From NCBI RefSeq assembly GCF_036971445.1, contig NC_091473.1, positions 81,716,001 to 81,780,000 of the forward strand: a stretch of 64,000 nt of DNA, written 5' to 3'. How positions within the stretch are numbered: position 1 is the first letter of the stretch; every line of letters starts with the position of its first letter. Shown here piece by piece: positions 1-12,699 of the stretch. The position numbers and the translations under genes were made by a program. This stretch comes from Narcine bancroftii. Lineage: Eukaryota. The notes under the pieces are model-generated. The model saw only the letters and a list, made by a program, of their open reading frames with translations. It was not told the origin of the DNA and did not search any database.

Positions 1-265
1 ATTTCCTTTAACTTTTCTGATACCAACATAAATCTGCAAGGATATAAAGCAATCTATAAAATGTCACACTGTTTCTAGTGTGCAGTAATGTAAGAGGACT
101 GCAGGTTTTCAATAGTCCCAGTTATAGCTTTCCAACAGAATTGGCAACATTAAGTATGACAAACATATTACAAAAATGTTCTGCATTTTAATACAGGTTC
201 TAAAATTTCTTAACTTAGTAGCTTTGAATTAAGACAAAGATTTAGACAACTGTTATATTCTTTGG

Positions 266-500
266 TTCACAGTTCGGCAGGCAGCAACCTCCTTTGAAGA
301 AGACCGCAGAGCCCACCTCACTGACAAAAGACAAAGGAGGAAAAACCCAAAACCCAACCCCAACCAACCAATTTTCCCTTGCAATCGCTGCAACCGTGCC
401 TGCCTGTCCCGCATCGGACTTGTCAGTCAACAACGAGCCTGCAGCAGATGTGTACATACCCCTCCATAAATTTTTATCCGCGAAGCCAAGCCAAAGAAAA
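266..500 (+). mobile_element. RTE-clade LINE, 3'-terminal fragment
   Basis: Near-identical to the reverse complement of the 3' end of the RTE element at 16385-16620; ends in GCCAAGCCAAAGAA like the other copies. Confidence 0.85.
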
Positions 501-502
501 TA

Positions 503-1640
503 CATAAAAAATGTTGAGAGGAATTCAGGAGGTCTCTCTGCTTCCATGGGAGGTAAAGATATATAGCCAATGTATCAGGCCTGAGCCCTTCTTCAAGGTA
601 TGAGTAAAAAGCATGTAGGTGCCTGAATTGAAAGGCTGGGGGGGGGGGGGGGCAGGGGAGGGAGTGGAGGAGGAAAGGAAGCACTGACCAAAAGACAAAA
701 GATGTTAATTGGATATGGATAGGAGAGAGGAAAGGTAAGAATTGATCAGGGAAAGGAGGTTGCCTCTGTGAGTGCAAAGCTGGAGGAGCATAAGCAGGGG
801 AAAGGAAAAGAGAGAGGGACACAGCTAGAGGAGAAGAGACATAGGGATAGATTGGGGTGGAGGACTAATGGAAAAAGTCAGTTAATACTACCTGGTTGAA
901 GGATGCCCAGACAGATTACGAGGCGCTGTTCCTTTAATTTTGCGGGTGGTCTCAGTTTGGCATGAGACCATGGATAGCCATGTTGACATGGGAATGGGGC
1001 AGGGAAATGAAATGGGTTAAGGTGCTAAACTAAGCAATCTCCCAGTCTGTATCCAGTCTCTCCGATGTAGAGGTGACAACAATGGGAGCACCAGATGAAG
1101 AAGATGACTCCTATAGATTCACAAGTGAAGTGTTGCTTCACTTGGAAAGACTGTTTTGGGCTCCGGATAGTGGTGTGAGTGAATGTTTAGCATTTTCTGT
1201 GGTCGAAGGGTAGGTGCCAAGGAGATATGATTGGGAAGGGAGGAGTGAACTAGTGAGTCATGGAGGGAGCAGTCCCTGTGGAAAGTGGAAAGGGGAGGAG
1301 AGGGTAAGATGTGACTGGTGTTGAGATCACATAGTAGGCTGTGGAAATGGCAAAGGATGATGCATTGGATGTAGAAAGTGATAGGCAATGTCAAGGGGAA
1401 TCCTGACCTTGTTGCGTGTGGGGATGGAGGGAACCAGGGCAGATGTGCAGGTAATGGACGTTATGTGGGTGAAGAATGAGTTGATGGTAGTAGAGGGAAA
1501 GTCATATTTTTTTTTGAAGAAGGCCATCTCAGATGGTATCACATGGAAGACCTTATCCTGGGAGCAGATGTGATGAAGATGGAGGAACTGCCAGAAAGGA
1601 ATGGAATCCTTACAAGGAACAGGGTGTGAAGAGGTAACCA
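503..1640 (-). mobile_element. Penelope-like retroelement remnant (RT C-terminal region plus terminal repeat)
   Basis: Minus-strand translation SSHPVPCKDSIPFWQFLHLHHICSQD resembles the Penelope RT C-terminal motif (SSHP..CK.SIP.SQFLRL.RICS); 503-800 is an inverted homologue of 7885-8075. Boundaries approximate. Confidence 0.65.
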
Positions 1641-1734
1641 TGGGAGTTTGTCTCTTGTGACGAAGACCGAGATTGAAAAAGCCTTCTGTCACCTTTCTCC
1701 CAGATCTACATTCACAGAGCCACCCCCTACCCTG

Positions 1735-4700
1735 CATTCAGCCCCTACCCTGCATTCAGCCCCTACCCTGCATTCAGCCCCTACCCTGCATTCAGCCCCT
1801 ACCCTGCATTCAGCCCCTACCCTGCATTCAGCCCCTACCCTGCATTCAGCCCCTACCCTGCATTCAGCCCCTACCCTGCATTCAGCCCCTACCCTGCATT
1901 CAGCCCCTACCCTGCATTCAGCCCCTACCCTGCATTCAGCCCCTACCCTGCATTCAGCCCCTACCCTGCATTCAGCCCCTACCCTGCATTCAGCCCCTAC
2001 CCTGCATTCAGCCCCTACCCTGCATTCAGCCCCTACCCTGCATTCAGCCCCTACCCTGCATTCAGCCCCTACCCTGCATTCAGCCCCTACCCTGCATTCA
2101 GCCCCTACCCTGCATTCAGCCCCTACCCTGCATTCAGCCCCTACCCTGCATTCAGCCCCTACCCTGCATTCAGCCCCTACCCTGCATTCAGCCCCTACCC
2201 TGCATTCAGCCCCTACCCTGCATTCAGCCCCTACCCTGCATTCAGCCCCTACCCTGCATTCAGCCCCTACCCTGCATTCAGCCCCTACCCTGCATTCAGC
2301 CCCTACCCTGCATTCAGCCCCTACCCTGCATTCAGCCCCTACCCTGCATTCAGCCCCTACCCTGCATTCAGCCCCTACCCTGCATTCAGCCCCTACCCTG
2401 CATTCAGCCCCTACCCTGCATTCAGCCCCTACCCTGCATTCAGCCCCTACCCTGCATTCAGCCCCTACCCTGCATTCAGCCCCTACCCTGCATTCAGCCC
2501 CTACCCTGCATTCAGCCCCTACCCTGCATTCAGCCCCTACCCTGCATTCAGCCCCTACCCTGCATTCAGCCCCTACCCTGCATTCAGCCCCTACCCTGCA
2601 TTCAGCCCCTACCCTGCATTCAGCCCCTACCCTGCATTCAGCCCCTACCCTGCATTCAGCCCCTACCCTGCATTCAGCCCCTACCCTGCATTCAGCCCCT
2701 ACCCTGCATTCAGCCCCTACCCTGCATTCAGCCCCTACCCTGCATTCAGCCCCTACCCTGCATTCAGCCCCTACCCTGCATTCAGCCCCTACCCTGCATT
2801 CAGCCCCTACCCTGCATTCAGCCCCTACCCTGCATTCAGCCCCTACCCTGCATTCAGCCCCTACCCTGCATTCAGCCCCTACCCTGCATTCAGCCCCTAC
2901 CCTGCATTCAGCCCCTACCCTGCATTCAGCCCCTACCCTGCATTCAGCCCCTACCCTGCATTCAGCCCCTACCCTGCATTCAGCCCCTACCCTGCATTCA
3001 GCCCCTACCCTGCATTCAGCCCCTACCCTGCATTCAGCCCCTACCCTGCATTCAGCCCCTACCCTGCATTCAGCCCCTACCCTGCATTCAGCCCCTACCC
3101 TGCATTCAGCCCCTACCCTGCATTCAGCCCCTACCCTGCATTCAGCCCCTACCCTGCATTCAGCCCCTACCCTGCATTCAGCCCCTACCCTGCATTCAGC
3201 CCCTACCCTGCATTCAGCCCCTACCCTGCATTCAGCCCCTACCCTGCATTCAGCCCCTACCCTGCATTCAGCCCCTACCCTGCATTCAGCCCCTACCCTG
3301 CATTCAGCCCCTACCCTGCATTCAGCCCCTACCCTGCATTCAGCCCCTACCCTGCATTCAGCCCCTACCCTGCATTCAGCCCCTACCCTGCATTCAGCCC
3401 CTACCCTGCATTCAGCCCCTACCCTGCATTCAGCCCCTACCCTGCATTCAGCCCCTACCCTGCATTCAGCCCCTACCCTGCATTCAGCCCCTACCCTGCA
3501 TTCAGCCCCTACCCTGCATTCAGCCCCTACCCTGCATTCAGCCCCTACCCTGCATTCAGCCCCTACCCTGCATTCAGCCCCTACCCTGCATTCAGCCCCT
3601 ACCCTGCATTCAGCCCCTACCCTGCATTCAGCCCCTACCCTGCATTCAGCCCCTACCCTGCATTCAGCCCCTACCCTGCATTCAGCCCCTACCCTGCATT
3701 CAGCCCCTACCCTGCATTCAGCCCCTACCCTGCATTCAGCCCCTACCCTGCATTCAGCCCCTACCCTGCATTCAGCCCCTACCCTGCATTCAGCCCCTAC
3801 CCTGCATTCAGCCCCTACCCTGCATTCAGCCCCTACCCTGCATTCAGCCCCTACCCTGCATTCAGCCCCTACCCTGCATTCAGCCCCTACCCTGCATTCA
3901 GCCCCTACCCTGCATTCAGCCCCTACCCTGCATTCAGCCCCTACCCTGCATTCAGCCCCTACCCTGCATTCAGCCCCTACCCTGCATTCAGCCCCTACCC
4001 TGCATTCAGCCCCTACCCTGCATTCAGCCCCTACCCTGCATTCAGCCCCTACCCTGCATTCAGCCCCTACCCTGCATTCAGCCCCTACCCTGCATTCAGC
4101 CCCTACCCTGCATTCAGCCCCTACCCTGCATTCAGCCCCTACCCTGCATTCAGCCCCTACCCTGCATTCAGCCCCTACCCTGCATTCAGCCCCTACCCTG
4201 CATTCAGCCCCTACCCTGCATTCAGCCCCTACCCTGCATTCAGCCCCTACCCTGCATTCAGCCCCTACCCTGCATTCAGCCCCTACCCTGCATTCAGCCC
4301 CTACCCTGCATTCAGCCCCTACCCTGCATTCAGCCCCTACCCTGCATTCAGCCCCTACCCTGCATTCAGCCCCTACCCTGCATTCAGCCCCTACCCTGCA
4401 TTCAGCCCCTACCCTGCATTCAGCCCCTACCCTGCATTCAGCCCCTACCCTGCATTCAGCCCCTACCCTGCATTCAGCCCCTACCCTGCATTCAGCCCCT
4501 ACCCTGCATTCAGCCCCTACCCTGCATTCAGCCCCTACCCTGCATTCAGCCCCTACCCTGCATTCAGCCCCTACCCTGCATTCAGCCCCTACCCTGCATT
4601 CAGCCCCTACCCTGCATTCAGCCCCTACCCTGCATTCAGCCCCTACCCTGCATTCAGCCCCTACCCTGCATTCAGCCCCTACCCTGCATTCAGCCCCTAC

Positions 4701-7548
4701 CCTGCATTCAGCCCCTACCCTGCATTCAGCCCCTACCCTGCATTCAGCCCCTACCCTGCATTCAGCCCCTACCCTGCATTCAGCCCCTACCCTGCATTCA
4801 GCCCCTACCCTGCATTCAGCCCCTACCCTGCATTCAGCCCCTACCCTGCATTCAGCCCCTACCCTGCATTCAGCCCCTACCCTGCATTCAGCCCCTACCC
4901 TGCATTCAGCCCCTACCCTGCATTCAGCCCCTACCCTGCATTCAGCCCCTACCCTGCATTCAGCCCCTACCCTGCATTCAGCCCCTACCCTGCATTCAGC
5001 CCCTACCCTGCATTCAGCCCCTACCCTGCATTCAGCCCCTACCCTGCATTCAGCCCCTACCCTGCATTCAGCCCCTACCCTGCATTCAGCCCCTACCCTG
5101 CATTCAGCCCCTACCCTGCATTCAGCCCCTACCCTGCATTCAGCCCCTACCCTGCATTCAGCCCCTACCCTGCATTCAGCCCCTACCCTGCATTCAGCCC
5201 CTACCCTGCATTCAGCCCCTACCCTGCATTCAGCCCCTACCCTGCATTCAGCCCCTACCCTGCATTCAGCCCCTACCCTGCATTCAGCCCCTACCCTGCA
5301 TTCAGCCCCTACCCTGCATTCAGCCCCTACCCTGCATTCAGCCCCTACCCTGCATTCAGCCCCTACCCTGCATTCAGCCCCTACCCTGCATTCAGCCCCT
5401 ACCCTGCATTCAGCCCCTACCCTGCATTCAGCCCCTACCCTGCATTCAGCCCCTACCCTGCATTCAGCCCCTACCCTGCATTCAGCCCCTACCCTGCATT
5501 CAGCCCCTACCCTGCATTCAGCCCCTACCCTGCATTCAGCCCCTACCCTGCATTCAGCCCCTACCCTGCATTCAGCCCCTACCCTGCATTCAGCCCCTAC
5601 CCTGCATTCAGCCCCTACCCTGCATTCAGCCCCTACCCTGCATTCAGCCCCTACCCTGCATTCAGCCCCTACCCTGCATTCAGCCCCTACCCTGCATTCA
5701 GCCCCTACCCTGCATTCAGCCCCTACCCTGCATTCAGCCCCTACCCTGCATTCAGCCCCTACCCTGCATTCAGCCCCTACCCTGCATTCAGCCCCTACCC
5801 TGCATTCAGCCCCTACCCTGCATTCAGCCCCTACCCTGCATTCAGCCCCTACCCTGCATTCAGCCCCTACCCTGCATTCAGCCCCTACCCTGCATTCAGC
5901 CCCTACCCTGCATTCAGCCCCTACCCTGCATTCAGCCCCTACCCTGCATTCAGCCCCTACCCTGCATTCAGCCCCTACCCTGCATTCAGCCCCTACCCTG
6001 CATTCAGCCCCTACCCTGCATTCAGCCCCTACCCTGCATTCAGCCCCTACCCTGCATTCAGCCCCTACCCTGCATTCAGCCCCTACCCTGCATTCAGCCC
6101 CTACCCTGCATTCAGCCCCTACCCTGCATTCAGCCCCTACCCTGCATTCAGCCCCTACCCTGCATTCAGCCCCTACCCTGCATTCAGCCCCTACCCTGCA
6201 TTCAGCCCCTACCCTGCATTCAGCCCCTACCCTGCATTCAGCCCCTACCCTGCATTCAGCCCCTACCCTGCATTCAGCCCCTACCCTGCATTCAGCCCCT
6301 ACCCTGCATTCAGCCCCTACCCTGCATTCAGCCCCTACCCTGCATTCAGCCCCTACCCTGCATTCAGCCCCTACCCTGCATTCAGCCCCTACCCTGCATT
6401 CAGCCCCTACCCTGCATTCAGCCCCTACCCTGCATTCAGCCCCTACCCTGCATTCAGCCCCTACCCTGCATTCAGCCCCTACCCTGCATTCAGCCCCTAC
6501 CCTGCATTCAGCCCCTACCCTGCATTCAGCCCCTACCCTGCATTCAGCCCCTACCCTGCATTCAGCCCCTACCCTGCATTCAGCCCCTACCCTGCATTCA
6601 GCCCCTACCCTGCATTCAGCCCCTACCCTGCATTCAGCCCCTACCCTGCATTCAGCCCCTACCCTGCATTCAGCCCCTACCCTGCATTCAGCCCCTACCC
6701 TGCATTCAGCCCCTACCCTGCATTCAGCCCCTACCCTGCATTCAGCCCCTACCCTGCATTCAGCCCCTACCCTGCATTCAGCCCCTACCCTGCATTCAGC
6801 CCCTACCCTGCATTCAGCCCCTACCCTGCATTCAGCCCCTACCCTGCATTCAGCCCCTACCCTGCATTCAGCCCCTACCCTGCATTCAGCCCCTACCCTG
6901 CATTCAGCCCCTACCCTGCATTCAGCCCCTACCCTGCATTCAGCCCCTACCCTGCATTCAGCCCCTACCCTGCATTCAGCCCCTACCCTGCATTCAGCCC
7001 CTACCCTGCATTCAGCCCCTACCCTGCATTCAGCCCCTACCCTGCATTCAGCCCCTACCCTGCATTCAGCCCCTACCCTGCATTCAGCCCCTACCCTGCA
7101 TTCAGCCCCTACCCTGCATTCAGCCCCTACCCTGCATTCAGCCCCTACCCTGCATTCAGCCCCTACCCTGCATTCAGCCCCTACCCTGCATTCAGCCCCT
7201 ACCCTGCATTCAGCCCCTACCCTGCATTCAGCCCCTACCCTGCATTCAGCCCCTACCCTGCATTCAGCCCCTACCCTGCATTCAGCCCCTACCCTGCATT
7301 CAGCCCCTACCCTGCATTCAGCCCCTACCCTGCATTCAGCCCCTACCCTGCATTCAGCCCCTACCCTGCATTCAGCCCCTACCCTGCATTCAGCCCCTAC
7401 CCTGCATTCAGCCCCTACCCTGCATTCAGCCCCTACCCTGCATTCAGCCCCTACCCTGCATTCAGCCCCTACCCTGCATTCAGCCCCTACCCTGCATTCA
7501 GCCCCTACCCTGCATTCAGCCCCTACCCTGCATTCAGCCCCTACCCTG
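1735..7548. repeat. Perfect 18-bp minisatellite (CATTCAGCCCCTACCCTG) x323
   Basis: 5814 bp / 18 = 323 units; no variant unit seen by eye. Confidence 0.97.
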
Positions 7549-7886
7549 CATTCACAGAGCCACCCCCTACCCTGCATTCACAGAGCCACCCCCTACCCTG
7601 CATTCACAGAGCCACCCCCTACCCTGCATTCACAGAGCCACCCCCTACCCTGCATTCACAGAGCCACCCCCTACCCTGCATTCACAGAGCCACCCCCTAC
7701 CCTGCATTCACAGAGCCACCCCCTACCCTGCATTCACAGAGCCACCCCCTACCCTGCATTCACAGAGCCACCCCCTACCCTGCATTCACAGAGCCACCCC
7801 CTACCCTGCATTCACAGAGCCACCCCCTACCCTGCATTCACAGAGCCACCCCCTACCCTGCATTCACAGAGCCACCCCCTACCCTG
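7549..7886. repeat. 26-bp minisatellite (CATTCACAGAGCCACCCCCTACCCTG) x13; one more copy at 1709-1734
   Basis: 338 bp / 26 = 13 units; shares both ends of its unit with the 18-mer. Confidence 0.95.
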
Positions 7887-8075
7887 ATTCTCCCCTCTCC
7901 ACTCCTGTCTAATTATCACCTTTTGTCTGTTGGGCTGTGCTTTTCTCCTGCCCTTTCTTCCCTACTCCCCAGCCTTTTTTTCAGGCCTACATTTTGCTCA
8001 ATCCTTGAACATCCATAATGTATCTTTACATCCTATGGAAGCTGTGACACCAGTCAAGTTCCACCAGGATTGTTG
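7887..8075 (+). mobile_element. Penelope-like terminal repeat, inverted relative to 503-720
   Basis: Reverse-complement similarity, e.g. ccagcctttttttcaggcctac vs gtaggtgcctgaattgaaaggctgg and tatctttacatcctatggaagc vs gcttccatgggaggtaaagata. Confidence 0.6.
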
Positions 8076-9271
8076 TGTTAACGTTGGCAGACATTCATGT
8101 TTAACGATATATTCTTTTTAACCAAAGTTTATTATGAAGTGTATAAACATTCATCAAAATTTAGTTCTGTCAATTCTTCATTCCTAGTTCTAGTTTTTAA
8201 AATTTAAAACCCAAAGCAACTAATAGTGGTTTTGTTTTTTTAAAAAAACTTAGCTCTTATGACTGGCAGTACTGAAGAATAGAACACGAGCTTTTTTTGG
8301 GACACACTAGGCTAGGGATGGGTTTTTGGTGCACTTCTTGACAAATCAGAAATCACCAGGAACAAAATTTCACACAACTGGGACACTCTTACTTTAAAAA
8401 ATAGTTACTGTTGCTTTTTTTCTGATTTCAAGCAGTGAACTCCTCGCATTTGCAATGGAAATGAGGTAAAATGGAGAGGGAGGGCTTAAGACAAGGAAGG
8501 CGAAAAATTAATTGGGGATGGAATTGAGGTGTGGAGAGAAGAAAATGATGGTGAAAGGACGCGAATGGGAGTGCTAAATGGCAGTGCAATATGGAAGTGT
8601 GCTAAGTGTCTGATGCCATGGTGTAGGGTGCTTCAAACACTGTGCAGTGATGGGACCACTACTGTAACAGAATTGCAAAGTGAAGCACCAATTCCAATTT
8701 CAGCAGATTCATGTTGATGTTATCACATGCAAAACCAAACAGGAAAATGACCCGGTGGAATTGCCTGATGGGTAAGATTGCTACAAACTTTACGCACACG
8801 TTATTGAATTTTGTCTGAAGGTTGTGGTAATTTCAGGTCAAAGTCTCAACAACATACTTGAACCTTTACTTTTATCGAGAATATAAATAAGTATATAAAA
8901 GAGCATTTGTACTGAGAATAACAAAATATCTGTGCTCCAATAAACTTCAGCATTATTTGAAGGTAAATTCTTAAATTAAAGGATGCTCAGAGTTGTCAAG
9001 AATCTATCTTAGTTGGTCATTCTTTATGCATCAAACACCAAGTAACATCAGACTATTTGACCAAGGCTATCAAAGTGCATTATAGACCAACATAAATGTT
9101 CCTGATGGCGATCCATTCTTGAGCATCGCGCTCTCTGGATAACAACCAGAAGTATAGAGCCATACCCCAGTCCATGACTAATTCCAGCAACACTAGCTAT
9201 GAAAGATGTCGGAAACAAAAATGTTTGTGGATGGAATTAAAAAAGGGCCAGACTGTTTCCATAGTCCAGAC

Positions 9272-9461
9272 CAGCTATTCTCAACCTTTTTGGCTATGGC
9301 CCCTATAAAACTCTGCTCAAAGTTTATTGCCACTCTTTCCTGTTCTTCTGTACTTCTCTCCTACCATCCACATAAAAAATAAAAGCTATTTATGTTACAC
9401 AAGGTGAAAAGAAAACAAGACTTTTACTTAAATGCACTGAAGTCTCTGTTGATAATGGCTG
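9272..9461. mobile_element. Non-autonomous hAT MITE (~190 bp)
   Basis: TIRs CAGCTATTCTCAAC / GTTGATAATGGCTG; 8-bp TSD GTCCAGAC (9264-9271) / GTCTAGAC (9462-9469). Confidence 0.75.
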
Positions 9462-9523
9462 GTCTAGACAAAAATCGCACGTAGGAACTTTTTCCAGATC
9501 AGATAAGATAGAAGAGACTGTAC

Positions 9524-9990
9524 CTTTCTCGTAAGCACAGGGACTGGAGCACAAGACTTCCATAGGCCTCAATGAATATAAATAAAGCCTTGGCACTTGT
9601 GCTAGGGTCAATAAATTTCTTTCTTGCTTCTACTGCAGTAAAAAGTTTCTCAGCAATCTGCTCAGGGAAGCCAATTAGTGAGTCGACGTGTTGTATATTG
9701 TCAGCTATAAAAGCAAGCACAACATCAAATAGTGACTTGGGAGAATAGCGAAGATTTCCTTCTTTTGTATAAGTGAAAACAATGTGATCAGTCCTGTAAG
9801 TATTTGGCTTGTCCCCATCTTCAATGCACAGATTAACAGTGAATCCCTTTTGAAACAGTCGCACTGCCTTGGATTTTCCAGTGGGCACTTTCAAACTCGA
9901 AGGACCATTTAACAGATGCAGCTGACCCTGTTCACGCACATAGATAGGTCCAAATTCAAATGCAGGATTTGTGTTGGTGAGCAAAGACAT
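9524..9990 (-). CDS. LRRC42: Leucine-rich repeat-containing protein 42, first coding exon (gene continues beyond the left edge)
   Basis: GPIYVREQGQLH...TDHIVFTYTKEGNLRYSPKSLF...DSLIGFPEQIAEKLF...EAYGSLVLQSLCLR matches the vertebrate LRRC42 N-terminus; acceptor AG at 10003-10002, donor GT at 9523-9522; synteny with HSPB11/DIO1/YIPF1. Confidence 0.93.
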
Positions 9991-10619
9991 TGGAATGCAC
10001 TCTGAAAAAGCAAGAAAGAAATAATTATATTAAAACTTACATTTCTGTTTTCCCTTAATATACAGAAGGCTACTCATCCCATCGAGTGTATGCTGGCTCT
10101 CAGAGTAGTCCCATTACATCACTTATTTTCCCATAATCTGTCCATCACCATATATGTCTATTAATTTACAAATCAGCACATTATTGGAATGTGGAAGGAC
10201 ACGCAAGTTCCTTGAGGAAACCCATGATATCACAAAGAGATTGTTCAATCTCCACAGCAACAGAAATCTGAATCAAATCCAGGTTGGTGAAGTTACCAGT
10301 CACTCTGCATGGAAAACCATGTTATTGAATATTTCCAATCTTTAACCTTCAAGTGCAAAACTTAAGAGTTTGATTCACACATTTAAAGGCAAGCTTTTAA
10401 AAGTGATATCCCCTAGTGACTATGATCCCATTGTTAGGAATTGAACATCAGTCATCTAACATCAACATTTAGAAAATAGTGAGTACATGGAAAAAAAAAT
10501 TCCATTGAACTGTACCTATGAGTTAAATTAAGGCATACCTTAAACACATGATAGCAAATGTCCACACATTGAAGATGGGTTATACCAGAAGGTGGTCCCA
10601 AATTACCTCTTTTTATGAA

Positions 10620-12690
10620 TATTTTATTTTTGTTTTTTTTTTTCAAAAATATACATAATAAAATCTTCAATATCTTAAACTTTTTCTTTCCAACAATAAC
10701 AAAAACAAAAGAATCCCTCCCTCCCTCCCCCAATCCATACATACAGGTCAGCACACAGTCAGAGCTTACAAATCTTTTAAATATATAGAATATAATTGGG
10801 GAAATTACTTCGGGTATAAGTAATCAGCATTTATATTCCTTTCTGTTACTGTGGTCCAGATATGGCTCTTAGATCTTGATAAAAGTTTCATATTTATTCT
10901 TTAAATTCTTTAAATTATGTGATTTTTTTTCCACAATCCATCGTGTTACAAGTAGAGGGGAATTGGACTTCCAAGTAATTGCAAATAATTTTTTTGCTAC
11001 CGTCAGTGAGATTTGATATTTGGTCAATTTGTTGCTTGTTTCCATCAAATTACCTAAAGATATAGTTTTGGGTCAACCATGAAGGCTACACCTGTTATTC
11101 TGGTTAATTTTTCTGTGATGTCTTGCCAAAATGGCCTCATCTTCATGCACAACCATGTGGCATGTAGAAAGAAAGGTTCCTGTCTCAGTCCCACTATCTC
11201 TGAAATTTTTGCTTTTGATCTATGTAACTTTAATAGGGTAAGATATAATTGGCGTAAAAAATTATGCTGAACCAATCCATATCTTGCATTTATAATTGAT
11301 GTCATGCTGTCCTTACACCAATTTGACCAGCTTCTTTTTTCCCCTTCACCTTCCTGTTTAACCCATTGATATTAAGACTAATAAACTTTAGTGTTTTATT
11401 CAAACCATTTTTAAAAACAAATATTGTATAACAATATCTTTACAATTTAAAAAATACTGTAACATTTCCCTTTTAAGACACACACACACATCCCTAGCTC
11501 TGACAGTGATGTAAACAATAGAGCCCGCAAGTCCATGAAAAAAGCCCGTAGAATCATCTGAGGAAGAACCCCTCCCTTCAGTGCCATCTTTTAAAACTGT
11601 TCCTCTCCTGGCACCATTTTCCCCCTTAAATTGGGGTCCTCACCCTTCCAATTTCCTCACCACCTTCCTTTCTTTCCCGAGCTCTCCATGTATATTACGA
11701 TTTTTATTTTAACAGTACTACAAAAAGAAAAAAAATACATCCTCCAGTTAGTCCTGCTCCAAAATAGTTTTTTCAATCTTCTTGTGTGGCAGCTCAAATC
11801 TCTTCATAACTTTCATAAAATCTCTTCCACTTCTTTATTCTTGAAAATTCGCCCATTACCTTCTGGGACATCAACCCTCAACGTTGCTGGGTAAATCATT
11901 GAATATTTTAAGTTTTTGTATAGCAGTTGACTCTTTACTGTTCTTTGTATGACCAAGGCACGGCTAAAGTCATGATAAAACATTACTTTTTCATTGTCCA
12001 CCACTAATGGACCAGTTATTTTTTTGAATATTCGTATGCTGCTCCACATCTCACTCCCAGTAACAAAAGTCTTACCAGGACTGGTTGTGGTTGTTGATAG
12101 CCATTTCTTCTGGGTCAGAGGATCCAGTGAGCCCTTTAAATTTGCAGTTTTGCATTTAATTTGTTTTGTCCCAGAATTTGTGGGATCCATGTTTCAAAGA
12201 AGCTCATTCCTTTTCTGTGTCCCATGTTTTTGCTTTTTCTTCTAGAGCCTTTAGCTCGTCTTTTGTTTTATCCAACTCAGCCTCCACTTAAGTCATTCGT
12301 TCCATTAAATCTTCCACGATTTCTTAAATTTCCAATATGCCTCTCATTGCTGATTCAACACTTGTACAACGAGTGCACAAAGTTTCCATCTTATTCAGGA
12401 TACTGGCTTCATCTTGGGCCAACCCCCTCCCCCTCCCCCACACCCACCCCAGCTTTGCTGGGCTCAGCTGGTCCCAAGGCCCCTCCAGGGCCACTCCTCA
12501 TTAGGCTTTCACTCAATGTTCTTGGCCGAGCTGTTGTTTCTTCAGGTTTTTTGTTACCTTGTTTGTTTAGAACTAGTTTTATCCATTTTTGATTATTGAA
12601 CTTTCAAACCATCTTTTTAATACTTTTTATGGACAGCTCTTACAAAACATATCCACTCAGATTTCCCCCCACCCAACCCACCAAAGATCC
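10620..12690 (-). mobile_element. Degenerate, internally deleted L1-clade LINE (ORF1 remnant plus ORF2 3' end)
   Basis: ORF1-like VMFYHDFSRALVIQR...YSMIYPATLRV (11813-12190); ORF2 C-terminal-like SIINARYGLVQHNFLRQLY...HATWLC..PFW (11054-11305); T-rich tail near 10620. Boundaries approximate. Confidence 0.65.
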
Positions 12691-12699
12691 ACCTTAACC

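Noticed and set aside
1735-7886. CRISPR or telomeric array
   Set aside because: No unique spacers, no cas genes, eukaryotic context; the unit is not TTAGGG.
1648-7912. ~2000-aa ORFs (SAPTLH)n, (CIQPLP)n, (CRVGAE)n
   Set aside because: By-product of a stop-free 18-bp unit; no synonymous variation, non-ATG starts for the plus-strand ORFs, intronic and TE-derived.
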